Source of the DNA: Bacteroidota bacterium
GTDB taxonomy: Bacteria > Bacteroidota > Bacteroidia > JABDFU01
DNA length: 64,000 nt
Assembly: GCA_013286805.1 (NCBI GenBank)
Contig: JABDEY010000002.1
Coordinates: forward strand, 1,629-65,628
Reading direction: 5' to 3'
This document shows positions 28,746-39,400 of the stretch, one piece after another (the first letter of the stretch is position 1; each line of letters begins with the position of its first letter). The position numbers and the translations under genes are program-made. The notes under the pieces were generated by a model. The model did not search any database, had not been told where the DNA came from, and saw only the letters and a program-made list of their open reading frames with translations.

Positions 28746-29333
28746 ATGCTTACTGAAATTGAGATAAAAGAAGAGATGCGGATGAGCCGGAGGAAGGTTG
28801 CCAAAAACCTTTTGTGGCTTGGAATTGTAGGGATAATTATGCTTTTCAGTGGTTTTACCAGCGCTTACATAGTGCGTCAGGCTAAGGGAGACTGGCTTAG
28901 TTTTACGATCCCTTTTGCTTTTTTTGTAAGTACTGCTTTTATTCTGGTGAGCAGTGTAACGATGAACTGGGCGCTTTCTTCGGCCAAAAAGGGTAATGCG
29001 GGAAGTATAAAGCTGGCTATGCTGTTGACACTATTGCTTGGTATTGGCTTTGCGGTTTCGCAATATGAAGGCTGGAAAAGTCTGGTGCAGCAGCATATTT
29101 ATTTTACAGGACCGGGGAGCAATGCTTCCGCCCAGTTTTTTTACATCATCACTTTTATGCACCTGCTGCATCTGCTGGGTGGGATTATTGCTATTCTGGT
29201 CGTTTATTTTAAAGCATTGGCCCGGAAATATGGCCCTGAAGATTATCTGGGTTTGCAACTTTGTGCTATTTATTGGCATTTTTTGGATGTACTGTGGATT
29301 TATTTATTTTTGTTTCTGTATTTTATTCGTTAA
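28746..29333 (+). CDS. Heme-copper oxidase subunit III (first paralog)
   Basis: MLFSGFTSAY, FFYIITFMHLLHL, YWHFLDVLWIYLF. Confidence 0.92.
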   Translation: MLTEIEIKEEMRMSRRKVAKNLLWLGIVGIIMLFSGFTSAYIVRQAKGDWLSFTIPFAFFVSTAFILVSSVTMNWALSSAKKGNAGSIKLAMLLTLLLGIGFAVSQYEGWKSLVQQHIYFTGPGSNASAQFFYIITFMHLLHLLGGIIAILVVYFKALARKYGPEDYLGLQLCAIYWHFLDVLWIYLFLFLYFIR

Positions 29334-29354
29334 AATTGCATTTAAACTATTTTT

Positions 29355-30083
29355 ATGTCGCACGCTACAACCGGAAATGAAGTTGAACACGGCTGGCAAG
29401 GAGGGGTTTCTCCTTTCAGAACCAGTTACGGAAAGCTATTTATGTGGTTTTTTCTGGTTTCAGATGCCCTGACATTTGGAGGCTTGCTTTGCGCGTATGG
29501 TTTTATGCGTCATAAATATCCGGATGCATGGCCAATTCCTGCCGATGTATTTACGCATTTCCCTTTTGTTGAGAAACACATACCTCTTGCATATGTTGGT
29601 TTAATGACGTTTATCCTGATCATGAGCTCTGTAACGATGGTGCTTGCTGTTGAGTCGGGACACCGGAATAACAAAAAAGGTGTCATTGTCTGGTTGTTCC
29701 TGACAATTATCGGAGGTCTAATGTTTGTCGGTTCCCAGGCCTGGGAGTGGTATCATTTTATTGTTGGATCTGAGCATGGAATTTTGCGTGAAGTATGGAA
29801 TGCAGATGCGGGGAAGTTTGTTACTCAGACCTTTCATGGTGCGAATCTTATTCACAATGAATATGGGCCCGCGGCTTTTGGGGATTTCTTTTTCTTTATC
29901 ACCGGCTTCCATGGTTTTCACGTTTTTAGCGGGGTGATCATTAACATCGTTATTTTCATTATGGTTGTGAAGGGAATTATGGAAAAGAGGGGCCATTATG
30001 AAATGGTTGAAAAAGTGGGCTTGTACTGGCACTTTGTAGATTTGGTTTGGGTGTTTGTGTTTACGTTTTTCTATTTGTTGTAG
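29355..30083 (+). CDS. Cytochrome c oxidase subunit III (second paralog)
   Basis: MWFFLVSDALTF, FFFITGFHGFHV, GLYWHFVDLVWVFVF. Confidence 0.94.
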   Translation: MSHATTGNEVEHGWQGGVSPFRTSYGKLFMWFFLVSDALTFGGLLCAYGFMRHKYPDAWPIPADVFTHFPFVEKHIPLAYVGLMTFILIMSSVTMVLAVESGHRNNKKGVIVWLFLTIIGGLMFVGSQAWEWYHFIVGSEHGILREVWNADAGKFVTQTFHGANLIHNEYGPAAFGDFFFFITGFHGFHVFSGVIINIVIFIMVVKGIMEKRGHYEMVEKVGLYWHFVDLVWVFVFTFFYLL

Positions 30084-30086
30084 GTT

Positions 30087-30247
30087 AGTTTAAAGTTTAG
30101 AGTTTAAAGTTTGAAAGTTTGAAAGTTTAGAGTTTAAAGTTTGAAAGTTTTTTTAGATGCAAAAAAAGAATTTGAAAGTCATAATGGATATATCATGGAA
30201 GGTGTGAAGCAGTTAACTTTGAACTTTCCAGCCTTTAACTTTAAACT
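30087..30247. repeat. AGTTT-based 7-8-bp tandem array (x9) with an inverted array downstream; a related x4 array lies at 28718-28744
   Basis: agtttaa agtttag agtttaa agtttgaa agtttgaa agtttag agtttaa agtttgaa agttt (30087-30150) versus aacttt g aacttt...aactttaaact (30215-30247). Confidence 0.85.
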
Positions 30248-30255
30248 GATTTAAT

Positions 30256-30816
30256 ATGAGTGAATTTCACGATGATTATCCGGAGTATGAGCTGATGGCT
30301 CATCACAGTGAAGAGGTTGGTAAGGCTACGCGCAAAAAACTTTGGAGGGTATTCTGGATCATGTTGCTTATTACTATGGGTGAACTTGTTGTTGGTTATA
30401 ATGCAGAAGCGTGGGGGTTTCTGGATAGCCATCGGGCTTCGACCTTAGGATTAAAATTCTTTTTTCTCTTTTTTACAATAGCGAAGGCGGCCTTCATTGT
30501 GCTTTCTTTTATGCATTTGGGTGATGAAAAGAAGTCGTTGAAATGGGTGATACTTGGGCCTTATTGTACGTTTATTGTTTATTTAGCTGTGATGGTGGCA
30601 GTTGGGGAGGGTAGCTATTCCCAACCACACCGTGCCGAAATGGATCCGAATGTTGTGAAGCAAGCTGCTGAACATAAAAAGCCCGGTGGAGGTGCACATC
30701 ATGAAGCCGGTGCTGAGGGCAAGGAAAGCGGAGAAAGTCATGAGGCTGTCGGAGTCGAGGGGCATGATGCAGCTGGATCTGGGAGCCATGAGGATGCCGG
30801 AGCTGAGCATAAATGA
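30256..30816 (+). CDS. Cytochrome c oxidase subunit IV family protein with a His/Gly/Glu-rich tail
   Basis: LWRVFWIML...TIAKAAFIVLSFMHLGDEK motif; position in the cox operon. Confidence 0.88.
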   Translation: MSEFHDDYPEYELMAHHSEEVGKATRKKLWRVFWIMLLITMGELVVGYNAEAWGFLDSHRASTLGLKFFFLFFTIAKAAFIVLSFMHLGDEKKSLKWVILGPYCTFIVYLAVMVAVGEGSYSQPHRAEMDPNVVKQAAEHKKPGGGAHHEAGAEGKESGESHEAVGVEGHDAAGSGSHEDAGAEHK

Positions 30817-31508
30817 AGAAACAGCACCTCGTTTTACTGATCATTCTCCTATTACCATCTCTTATTTACGTTTTTTTAACTACTGGTAAACATCATTTCA
30901 TGAGCCTGCCTTTTTATGGAGAGCGGGAGGCCACAACGAAAAATGTAAATGGTAAGGTTGTTACGGATACCATTTACCACAGCATTCCAGCTTTTCAGTT
31001 TATCAATCAGAACGGGGATACGGTCTCCGATAAAAATTACAAGGGCCGGATTTATGTTGCGGATTTCTTTTTCACAAGCTGCAAGTCGATCTGCCCGAAA
31101 ATGTCTGCTAATCTTGCTGTAGTTCAGGACAAATTCAAGGATATTGATTCTGTTTTTATTTTGTCACATACGGTGAATCCCGATAACGATACCCCGGAAA
31201 AGCTGAAGACGTATGCTCAATTGGTTCATGCAGATCTTAAGAAATGGACGTTTGTTACGGGTTCCAAGCATTCGATCTATGATATTGCTATACATGGGTA
31301 TATGCTTCCTGCGGGTGAGGATGTGATGGCTGAAGGGGGCTTTCTGCACAGTGAGCAGCTTATTCTGGTGGACAAGGAAAAACATATCCGGGGGATTTAT
31401 GACGGGACTTCTTTGCCGGATGTGAATAAGCTGATTGATGATATTAAGTTGCTGAAGGCGGATTATATTGTGAAAGAGGAGAAGAGGTTAGCGAGGCAGG
31501 GCAAATAG
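30813..31508 (+). CDS. SCO family copper chaperone
   Basis: FFFTSCKSICP (CxxxC), FLHSEQLILVD, HIRGIYDG. Confidence 0.93.
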   Translation: MKKQHLVLLIILLLPSLIYVFLTTGKHHFMSLPFYGEREATTKNVNGKVVTDTIYHSIPAFQFINQNGDTVSDKNYKGRIYVADFFFTSCKSICPKMSANLAVVQDKFKDIDSVFILSHTVNPDNDTPEKLKTYAQLVHADLKKWTFVTGSKHSIYDIAIHGYMLPAGEDVMAEGGFLHSEQLILVDKEKHIRGIYDGTSLPDVNKLIDDIKLLKADYIVKEEKRLARQGK

Positions 31509-31541
31509 CCAGTGGCTATTTGAGCCGGTAAGTGCGCAGGC
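31498..31541 (+). repeat. REP-like palindromic element, copy A (supplies the sco stop codon)
   Basis: AGGGCAAATAGCCAGTGGCTATTTGAGCCGGTAAGTGCGCAGGC; perfect inverted repeat at 31502-31522; 36/44 identical to the reverse complement of 47117-47160. Confidence 0.8.
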
Positions 31542-31607
31542 GAGAGGGGTAGATAAGTTTAGAATTACCTTTTAAATCCAATTTTTTTTTCGGTTAGTAT
31601 ATTTTGG

Positions 31608-32657
31608 TTACTTGGCTTTAATATCACAGTACTTATCAATCAGGTCGTTCGCGAGTTCGTTTCCCATGCTGTCGGCGGCGACAAGGTCGGCACAGGAGCC
31701 TTTCTTATCACCTGATGCGAATTTTATGGCGGCTCTGTTGATGTATGCCTGAGAATAGTTTTGTTTCATCTGAATTGCTTTATTGAGGTCTGCCAATGCA
31801 CCTCTTACATCTTTGAGTCCGGCTTTTGCGGCTCCGCGGAAGTTGTATATTTTTGGATTTTTTGGATCCATTCCCAAGGCTGTTTCACAATCTATCAGTG
31901 CGCCTTTATTATCCATTATGTTGATTTTAGCTGCTGCGCGGTTAATAAAGGTTTCCACATCGGTATGGTTGAAGTGTATGGACTTGTCGTAATCTGCAAT
32001 TGCTCCTTTATAATCACCTATTTCAAATTTTGTACTTCCCCTGAATTTAAACAATTCAAAATTACTGGTATCAATCAGTATGGCTTTGTTGAAGTCGGAC
32101 ATGGCTAACTGGTAATCTCCTATGTCATGTCTTGCCTTCCCCCTGTATATAAAGGCCTCGAGGCTGTTGGCTTTGAATTCGAGTGCTGTGGTGAAATCTG
32201 TAATGGCGTCAATGGTTTTTCGCATTTTACTTTTTAATACTCCCCTCTGTATAAGTGCTTCTACGTTATCTCCGGTTAAACTTATGGCTTTGTCCAGATC
32301 GCTCAGCGCTGATTTCGCATCCCCGCTTGCGGCTTCTATTAATCCGCGTTTTGCAAACGCTGCAGAGAAATCGGGCTTAATCTTTATAGCCTGGGCCACA
32401 TCTTCGAGGGCACTTTTGTTTTCCCCCAACATGTATTTTTCACTGGCTTTTCCGAGCCAGGCAGCAGCATTCTCTGTGTTTGTTTTGGTGGCCCGGGTAT
32501 AATATTTTAAAGCTTCTTTATAGTTTTTGAGGCTGTCCTGATGCAGGGCGGCTTTAATGTTGATATCAGGAGAGTCTGAATCAACTGTGGATTGGGAGAA
32601 ACCATAAAAAAAAAGCAGTAAAGAAAAAAGAAGAAATATATATTTCCCGGAGTTCAT
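31608..32657 (-). CDS. Exported tetratricopeptide repeat protein
   Basis: Signal ending GFSQ; many TPR units (RG.AK..GDY.GA.AD..KAI); TACCTTTG -7 element at 32675-32668. Confidence 0.9.
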   Translation of the reverse strand: MNSGKYIFLLFSLLLFFYGFSQSTVDSDSPDINIKAALHQDSLKNYKEALKYYTRATKTNTENAAAWLGKASEKYMLGENKSALEDVAQAIKIKPDFSAAFAKRGLIEAASGDAKSALSDLDKAISLTGDNVEALIQRGVLKSKMRKTIDAITDFTTALEFKANSLEAFIYRGKARHDIGDYQLAMSDFNKAILIDTSNFELFKFRGSTKFEIGDYKGAIADYDKSIHFNHTDVETFINRAAAKINIMDNKGALIDCETALGMDPKNPKIYNFRGAAKAGLKDVRGALADLNKAIQMKQNYSQAYINRAAIKFASGDKKGSCADLVAADSMGNELANDLIDKYCDIKAK

Positions 32658-32739
32658 TTGAATTCTACAAAGGTATGTCAGTTTAGCTCCATTCAAGGTT
32701 AATCACTACTAAACATTAACTATACAAAGTTTACTAAAG

Positions 32740-34554
32740 CTAACCAGAATTGCCTGAATTGGCAGGCTGAAAATGTGCGGCTATTTTCTTTGCCTTGTGC
32801 AAGCCGACAACATCAGCCAATTCTTCTTCCTTTGCTTGTTTAATGCGTTTTACGGATATGAATTTTTGCAATAACTTTTGGGCAGTCTTGTCGCTTATCC
32901 CCGGTATCAGAGTCAGTTCTGTTTTAATGGTTCCTTTTTCGCGTTTTTTCCGGTGATGGGTAATCCCAAACCGATGTGCTTCATCCCTTATTTGTTGAAT
33001 GATTCTAAGGCTTTCCGATTTTTTGTCCAGATACAAAGGCAGGGAGTCGTTCGGGTAGTATATCTCTTCCAGTTTTTTAGCGATACCAATTATTCCAACT
33101 TTACCCATCAGGCCCAGTTTTTCAAGCACGCTTACTGCAGAGCTTAGCTGACCTTTTCCCCCGTCCACTACAATTAGCTGGGGCAAGGGTAGCTTTTCAT
33201 CCAATACACGCTTGTAGCGTCTGTAAATAACCTCTTCCATGGATGCATAATCGTCCGGGCCCTCTACTGTTTTTATGTTAAAATGACGATAGTCTTTTTT
33301 GCTTGGCTTTCCTTCTTTGAATACAGTCATAGCGGCGACCGGCCAGGAACCCTGTGTATTTGAATTGTCAAAACATTCTATGTGACGGGGCTCTTCTTTT
33401 AGCCGCAGGTCTTTCATCATTTGCTGCATGACTCTTTTGGAGTGACGGTCGGGGTCAACTAATGATTCCTGTCTCTCTTTTTCCTTGCGGTAGTATTCAA
33501 GGTTTCGCTTGGATAGCTGCAGCAGATGGTGTTTATCCCCTCTCTGTGGTACAGTATATTCTGCCCCTTCAAATTTTAACTCCGGAGCAAAGGGCACAAT
33601 GATTTCTTTGGCATTGCTGCTGAACCGTAAACGTAATTCTGCAATAGCGAGGGTTAGCAACTCTTCCGGACTCTCTTCCAGTTTCTTTTTTAATTCGATG
33701 GTATGTCCCTGAATAATAGCCCCATTCATGACTTTCAGGTAATTGACATATCCGTTTTTTTCATCTGTGATAATTGAAAAGATATCGGCGTTGTCAATAT
33801 CAGAACTAACTACCGTTGACTTACTTTGGTACTTGTGGAGTAATTCGATTTTTTCCTTCAATTGCTGGGCCTGTTCAAATTCGAGGTTTCCAGAATGCCT
33901 GTTCATCAGCTCTTTCATCTGCCGGATGGCTGTTGAGACATTTCCTTTAACAATGTTCCTGATCTGAAGGATGCTGTTGTCGTATTCCTCTTCTGTCTGC
34001 AATCCCTCACAAGGGCCCTTGCAGTTGCCAATATGGTACTCGAGGCAAACTTTAAATTTTTTCTTTTGTATGTTTTCTGGCGATAAGTGCAGGTTACAGT
34101 TTCTAAGCGGGTAGAGCTTATGAATGAGGTCGAGTACGATATGCATCATCCTTCCGGAAGGGAAGGGTCCAAAATATTCTGAACCATCTTTGATCATTGT
34201 TCGTGTGTCATACACACGCGGAAATTGTTCATCTTTAATACATATCCAGGGATAGGTTTTGTCGTCCTTGAGTAATACATTGTAGCGAGGCTGATGTTTT
34301 TTGATCAGACTGTTTTCCAGGATTAAGGCATCCAACTCTGTATCGACAATGATAAATTTAATGTCAACTATTTTTTTTACGAGAATGGTGGTTTTGTTGT
34401 TTTCGTGCTGGTCCCGGTTGAAATAAGAAGTTACCCGCTTTTTCAGGTTTTTCGCTTTGCCGACATAGAGCAGATTGGCGAGTTCATCGTAAAACTGATA
34501 AACGCCTGGATTGCCAGGCAATGACTGCAGGAGGGTTTGAAGGTGAGGGGACAA
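32740..34554 (-). CDS. uvrC: Excinuclease ABC subunit C
   Basis: PGVYQF...YVGKAKNLKKRVTSYF (GIY-YIG), IECFDNS, VDGGKGQL, RDEAHRFGI, HhH tail. Confidence 0.97.
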   Translation of the reverse strand: MSPHLQTLLQSLPGNPGVYQFYDELANLLYVGKAKNLKKRVTSYFNRDQHENNKTTILVKKIVDIKFIIVDTELDALILENSLIKKHQPRYNVLLKDDKTYPWICIKDEQFPRVYDTRTMIKDGSEYFGPFPSGRMMHIVLDLIHKLYPLRNCNLHLSPENIQKKKFKVCLEYHIGNCKGPCEGLQTEEEYDNSILQIRNIVKGNVSTAIRQMKELMNRHSGNLEFEQAQQLKEKIELLHKYQSKSTVVSSDIDNADIFSIITDEKNGYVNYLKVMNGAIIQGHTIELKKKLEESPEELLTLAIAELRLRFSSNAKEIIVPFAPELKFEGAEYTVPQRGDKHHLLQLSKRNLEYYRKEKERQESLVDPDRHSKRVMQQMMKDLRLKEEPRHIECFDNSNTQGSWPVAAMTVFKEGKPSKKDYRHFNIKTVEGPDDYASMEEVIYRRYKRVLDEKLPLPQLIVVDGGKGQLSSAVSVLEKLGLMGKVGIIGIAKKLEEIYYPNDSLPLYLDKKSESLRIIQQIRDEAHRFGITHHRKKREKGTIKTELTLIPGISDKTAQKLLQKFISVKRIKQAKEEELADVVGLHKAKKIAAHFQPANSGNSG

Positions 34555-34645
34555 AAATTTATGTTGAATTTATAATTCGAAACATTTATATGCTCCAAAA
34601 AAACTTAAATAAAGAACATAATAAAGTGAAAGGTTGAACGGAGTC

Positions 34646-35725
34646 CTAGAATCTTGCTTTATTCTGGTACAGAAAATTGCTTGGGTTGACATAACGCAAG
34701 GCCAGTTCAAATCCTCCACGGCCAATGCTGGCCGTACGAAGCTGAGAAACGTTTACGTCGTAGCTGAAACCAATGGCGTAATTTGATATTTCCAAAAGGG
34801 TACTAATAATAACAGCATCATTCCAGCGGTAATAAGCCCCTGCTGAAACAGCTGCGCCTTTTACATAACCTGTATATTTTGAATCTTCCTTCAATGTGTA
34901 TTTCAGCAATCCACCTGCAGTTATTTCCTGCGCAGGACCTTGCCTGTAATAAATAAAACCGGGAACAATGGAAACGGGAGTGTTCTTTATGCCAAACAGA
35001 AAATTGCCATGAGCGACATATTTCATAAACAGCATATCGCGGTTTGTTTCATTAATCGAATAAAAGGATTGATCCGGCTGGTTAATATGAGCGACAGCGA
35101 ATCCAAGGCTGGTTTGAATAACATCGTTCCCGCTGACATACATTTCTCCTTTATTGTACTGGTATAAAATGCCTGCTCCGATATCGGGGTAAAGAATACT
35201 TGTGTTGGTCAGGTAGCCCTCCCGTGCAGTACCCAGACCAGGAGTAACTGTCCCTGTTGCCTGATCATAATTATTGTCCCAGGTCAGGGCACCTGCGTTT
35301 ATGGAATATTGCCCAAAGCCTGCCTGAATGCCGCCTGAAAGTATCTGGTTGGCATCCAGTTTTACGTGGGCCGCAAAGTTAAGGTTTACCTGTGTTGTAC
35401 TTAGCGAACCATCACCGGCCTTGTCACTGAAAACGTTGAGCCCAACACCTAAATAGCCATTTTTCCATTTAGCTTTCATGAGCCGCATGTCTCCGGCAAT
35501 TGCAAAGGTCTGAAATGCGGCTGAAACTGCCTGCCATTGCTCGCGGTAAAGCGTAGATGCGGATATATCTTTGAAGGCACCTGCTGTTGCAGGATCAAGT
35601 GTAAGCGGGGACATATAGAATTGAGAAAAATGGATGTCCTGAGCGGATGTGGTGCAGGAGAAGAGGAGGCCAAAGCCAATGGCCAACAAACAATAGTTGA
35701 AGAAACCTGCTGTCTTTGTATTCAT
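34646..35725 (-). CDS. PorP/SprF family T9SS membrane protein
   Basis: AQDIHFSQFYMSPLTLDPATAG, YREQW, HINQP, GFSYD, GGFELALRY. Confidence 0.9.
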   Translation of the reverse strand: MNTKTAGFFNYCLLAIGFGLLFSCTTSAQDIHFSQFYMSPLTLDPATAGAFKDISASTLYREQWQAVSAAFQTFAIAGDMRLMKAKWKNGYLGVGLNVFSDKAGDGSLSTTQVNLNFAAHVKLDANQILSGGIQAGFGQYSINAGALTWDNNYDQATGTVTPGLGTAREGYLTNTSILYPDIGAGILYQYNKGEMYVSGNDVIQTSLGFAVAHINQPDQSFYSINETNRDMLFMKYVAHGNFLFGIKNTPVSIVPGFIYYRQGPAQEITAGGLLKYTLKEDSKYTGYVKGAAVSAGAYYRWNDAVIISTLLEISNYAIGFSYDVNVSQLRTASIGRGGFELALRYVNPSNFLYQNKARF

Positions 35726-35935
35726 TCCAGTTTTCAAATTCTTTCCGGTTTTTGTATAAAAGGCCTTAATAAGGTGTTAAATATAATGAAAATATCCATA
35801 GTTTGGCAGATTGTGCGAAAGGTAAATAGGTGACTATATATGATGTAAAATGGAAGCGGCATAGGTTGTTGGCAGTATTTAAGTAAATTTAGCCGCTTTT
35901 TAACGCCAATAAATTTGTACAATTAGGTCTTTCAG

Positions 35936-36421
35936 ATGAATTCTTTCCTGACAATTAGTTTAACTATATTCCGTTCTTACAAAACCCTTGGAGAGAAGGC
36001 TATGGCCCAGGTAGCTGAGGATAAATTATTCTTCCAATTCAATACTGAGAGTAATAGTATTGCTACCATCGTCAAGCATGTGTCAGGCAATATGTTATCC
36101 CGCTGGACGGATTTTCTGATTACTGATGGGGAAAAGGAATGGAGAAAAAGGGACGCTGAATTTATAAATGATCTAAAAACCAGGGCTGAATTAATGCAAA
36201 CCTGGGATAAGGGTTGGGCCTGTATGTTTAATACGATTGAAAACCTGAAGGAAGAAGATCTGGAGCGGGTGGTTTTTATCCGTAAAGAGGCACATTCAGT
36301 TGCAGAGGCTATTAACAGGCAATTGGCTCATTATGCCTATCATGTTGGGCAAATTGTGTTTGTGGCAAAAATGATTGCTGATCAAAATTGGACTTCACTT
36401 TCAATTCCGAGAGCTAAATAA
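35936..36421 (+). CDS. DUF1572 (DinB superfamily) protein
   Basis: SNSIATIVKHVSGNMLSRWTDFLITDGEKEWRKRDAEF; HYAYHVGQIV. Confidence 0.88.
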   Translation: MNSFLTISLTIFRSYKTLGEKAMAQVAEDKLFFQFNTESNSIATIVKHVSGNMLSRWTDFLITDGEKEWRKRDAEFINDLKTRAELMQTWDKGWACMFNTIENLKEEDLERVVFIRKEAHSVAEAINRQLAHYAYHVGQIVFVAKMIADQNWTSLSIPRAK

Positions 36422-36428
36422 TTAAGCC

Positions 36429-39400
36429 GTGAATGCTTTAGAGGGGTTGGTGGGGCTTTATTCGAAAAGTGATAACACTTTATCTTTCGTTGAAAAGCTG
36501 AAGATGAAGAGGAATTCTCATGTCCGTTTGAAAGGGTTGGCTGGCTCATCGGCCGCTTTTGTGGTGGCTTCCGCTGCAGCCCATCTGGGTAATTTGAATG
36601 TATGTATTTTGCCGGAGCAGGAGTCGGCGGCTTATTTTTTAAATGATCTGGAGAATATTCTTGGTAAATCCCGGGTTTTGTTTTTTCCGGCGGCAGGCAG
36701 AAGGGGTCATAATCATGCGGGGCCAGACTATTCTAATTTGTTGTTAAGAACAGAGGTATTGACGGGGTTGATTTCAGATCGAGGTTTGATTTCATCTCCG
36801 GGGTTACCTCCTGTTTCCAGTCAGGAAAAGAAAGAAGCCCGGTACATAGTGACCTATCCTGAAGCTCTGGAAGATAAGGTCGCTACCAAATCATATCTTT
36901 TAAAAAATACCTTGCAGGTTCAGAAAGGTGAAAAGTTATCCATCGATTTTGTTGTGGATGTTTTGCTGGAGTATGGATTTGACAGATGTGATTATGTAAG
37001 CGGGCCCGGGCAATTTTCTGTACGTGGTGGTATTATTGATGTCTTTTCCTTTTCCAATGATGATCCGTACAGGATAGAATTGTCGGGTGATGAGGTAGAG
37101 TCTATTCGCTCTTTTGATGCTACCAGCCAGTTGTCCATCGATCAACTGGAAGAAATTACTGTTGTTCCTGACCTTCAGACAGAGGTTGCCGGAGAAAGCA
37201 GGCAGAATTTTCTGGAATATATTCCAGCGGATACTATTATCTGGTTGAATAACATTGAGAAGGGCAATGAGAAAAATGAACCTGGAGAATCGTTCGATAA
37301 CTATATCCGGAATTTCTCCTGTGTGGAATTCGGGCAAAGCTATTATTTTGAACCGGATCTGGAGTTGGTATATGATTTTGTTCCCCAGCCTGTCTTCAAT
37401 AAAAATTTTGATCTGCTCCTGGCGAATCTGCGGGAGAATGTGGCCGGAGGTTTCCGTAATATTATTTTTTCGGACACCCAGAAGCAGGTTGAGCGATTGA
37501 GGAATATCTTCAATGATCTGGAGCCACCGGTTCGCAGGGAGGATTTAGGGAATCGGGAAGGAGATCGAAATGACAGTGAGACAGAGGTGAATACAGATCA
37601 GGCTGCAGATCCTGAGCTGTTCGTTCCTATACACTTATCTATCCATGAGGGATTCAGGGATAAACAAAATAAAGTAGCCTGTTATACCGATCACCAGATA
37701 TTTGAGCGCTACCATCGGTTCCGCCTTAAAAACACTTTTAGCAAAACCAGTGAGGCTATCACGCTGAAGGAGATTAAAGGATTGAATCCGGGGGATTATA
37801 TCACGCATATTGATCATGGTGTGGGGCGATATGGTGGATTGGAAAAAATGGAGGTCAATGGAAAGTTACAGGAGGCTATCCGGTTGGTTTACAGGGACAA
37901 TGATATCCTCTATGTGAGCATTCAATCCCTGCATCGCATTTCAAAGTTCAGCAGTAAGGAGGGTGCTGTTCCTAAAACGGATAAGCTGGGGAGTGCTGCC
38001 TGGCAGAACCTGAAGCAAAAGACCAAGAGGAAGGTGATGGAGATCGCCTTTGACCTGATTAAATTGTATGCGGAACGAAAAGCTAAAAAAGGCTTTGCCT
38101 TTGCGCCCGACACCTATCTGCAAAATGAACTGGAAGCGTCTTTCATTTACGAAGATACTCCGGATCAGTTGAAGGCTACCATTGATGTGAAGAAGGATAT
38201 GGAAGATCAGGCTCCCATGGATCGGTTGATTTGCGGGGATGTTGGATTTGGTAAAACGGAGATTGCCGTACGGGCTGCTTTTAAGGCGGTTGTGGATGGT
38301 AAGCAGGCCGCGGTATTAGTACCTACTACGATTCTTGCACTTCAACATTTTAAAACTTTTTCTGAACGCCTGAAGGGAATCCCCTGTACCGTGGATTATA
38401 TTAACCGTTTTAAGTCGGCTAAAGAACAAAAGGAAACATTGCAGAAACTGGCAGAAGGGAAAATAGATATTATCATTGGCACGCATCGGATAGTCGGCAA
38501 GGATGTAAAGTTTAAGGACCTTGGATTGTTGGTTATTGATGAAGAGCAAAAATTTGGTGTGGGCGTCAAGGATAAACTCAAGACTATAAAAGTCAATGTG
38601 GATACGCTCACGCTGACCGCTACACCTATACCACGTACCCTGCAGTTCTCTATGATGGGGGCAAGGGATCTGTCTATTATCAATACGCCTCCTCCCAATC
38701 GTTATCCTATTCAGACGGAACTACATTCCTTTAATCATGAGTTAATCCGGGAGACAATTTTATACGAAGTGTCGCGTGGAGGGCAGGTGTTTTTTATTCA
38801 TAACCGTGTCGGGACTTTGGTGGAAATGGAGCTTTTGATAAATAAATTGTGTCCTAAGGTGAAAACGCTGACGGTGCATGGACAGATGGATGGGGAGAAA
38901 CTCGAAGAAGCCATGATGAATTTTATCAATGGGGATTATGACATATTAATTTCTACTACTATCGTTGAGTCGGGTCTTGATATTCCAAATGCGAATACAA
39001 TGATCATCAATGATGCACATACATTCGGGCTGAGTGATCTTCATCAGTTGAGAGGCCGTGTGGGGCGTTCCAATAAGAAGGCTTTTTGTTATTTGCTGGC
39101 TCCTCCTTTATCGGTGCTGACCACGGAGGCTCAGAAAAGGCTGAGGGCTATTTCTGAATTTTCTGACCTGGGTAGCGGGTTTCAGATTTCCATGCGCGAC
39201 CTGGATATACGGGGTGCGGGTAATTTGCTGGGTGCTGAGCAAAGCGGATTTATTACGGAGATAGGGTATGAGATGTATCAGAAGATACTGGATGAGGCAC
39301 TGGAGGAATTGCGGGAGGATATGAAGATGAGAGGGCAAACAGCCACTGGGCGGCCTGAGCCAGCTGGTGCGGAAGTGGTTACCGGCGATCGATTATCGGT

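Noticed and set aside
27816..31508. Oxidase operon missing subunits I and II
   Set aside because: A separate cyoE-III-III-IV-sco cluster is common in Bacteroidota; subunits I/II are probably elsewhere in the genome.
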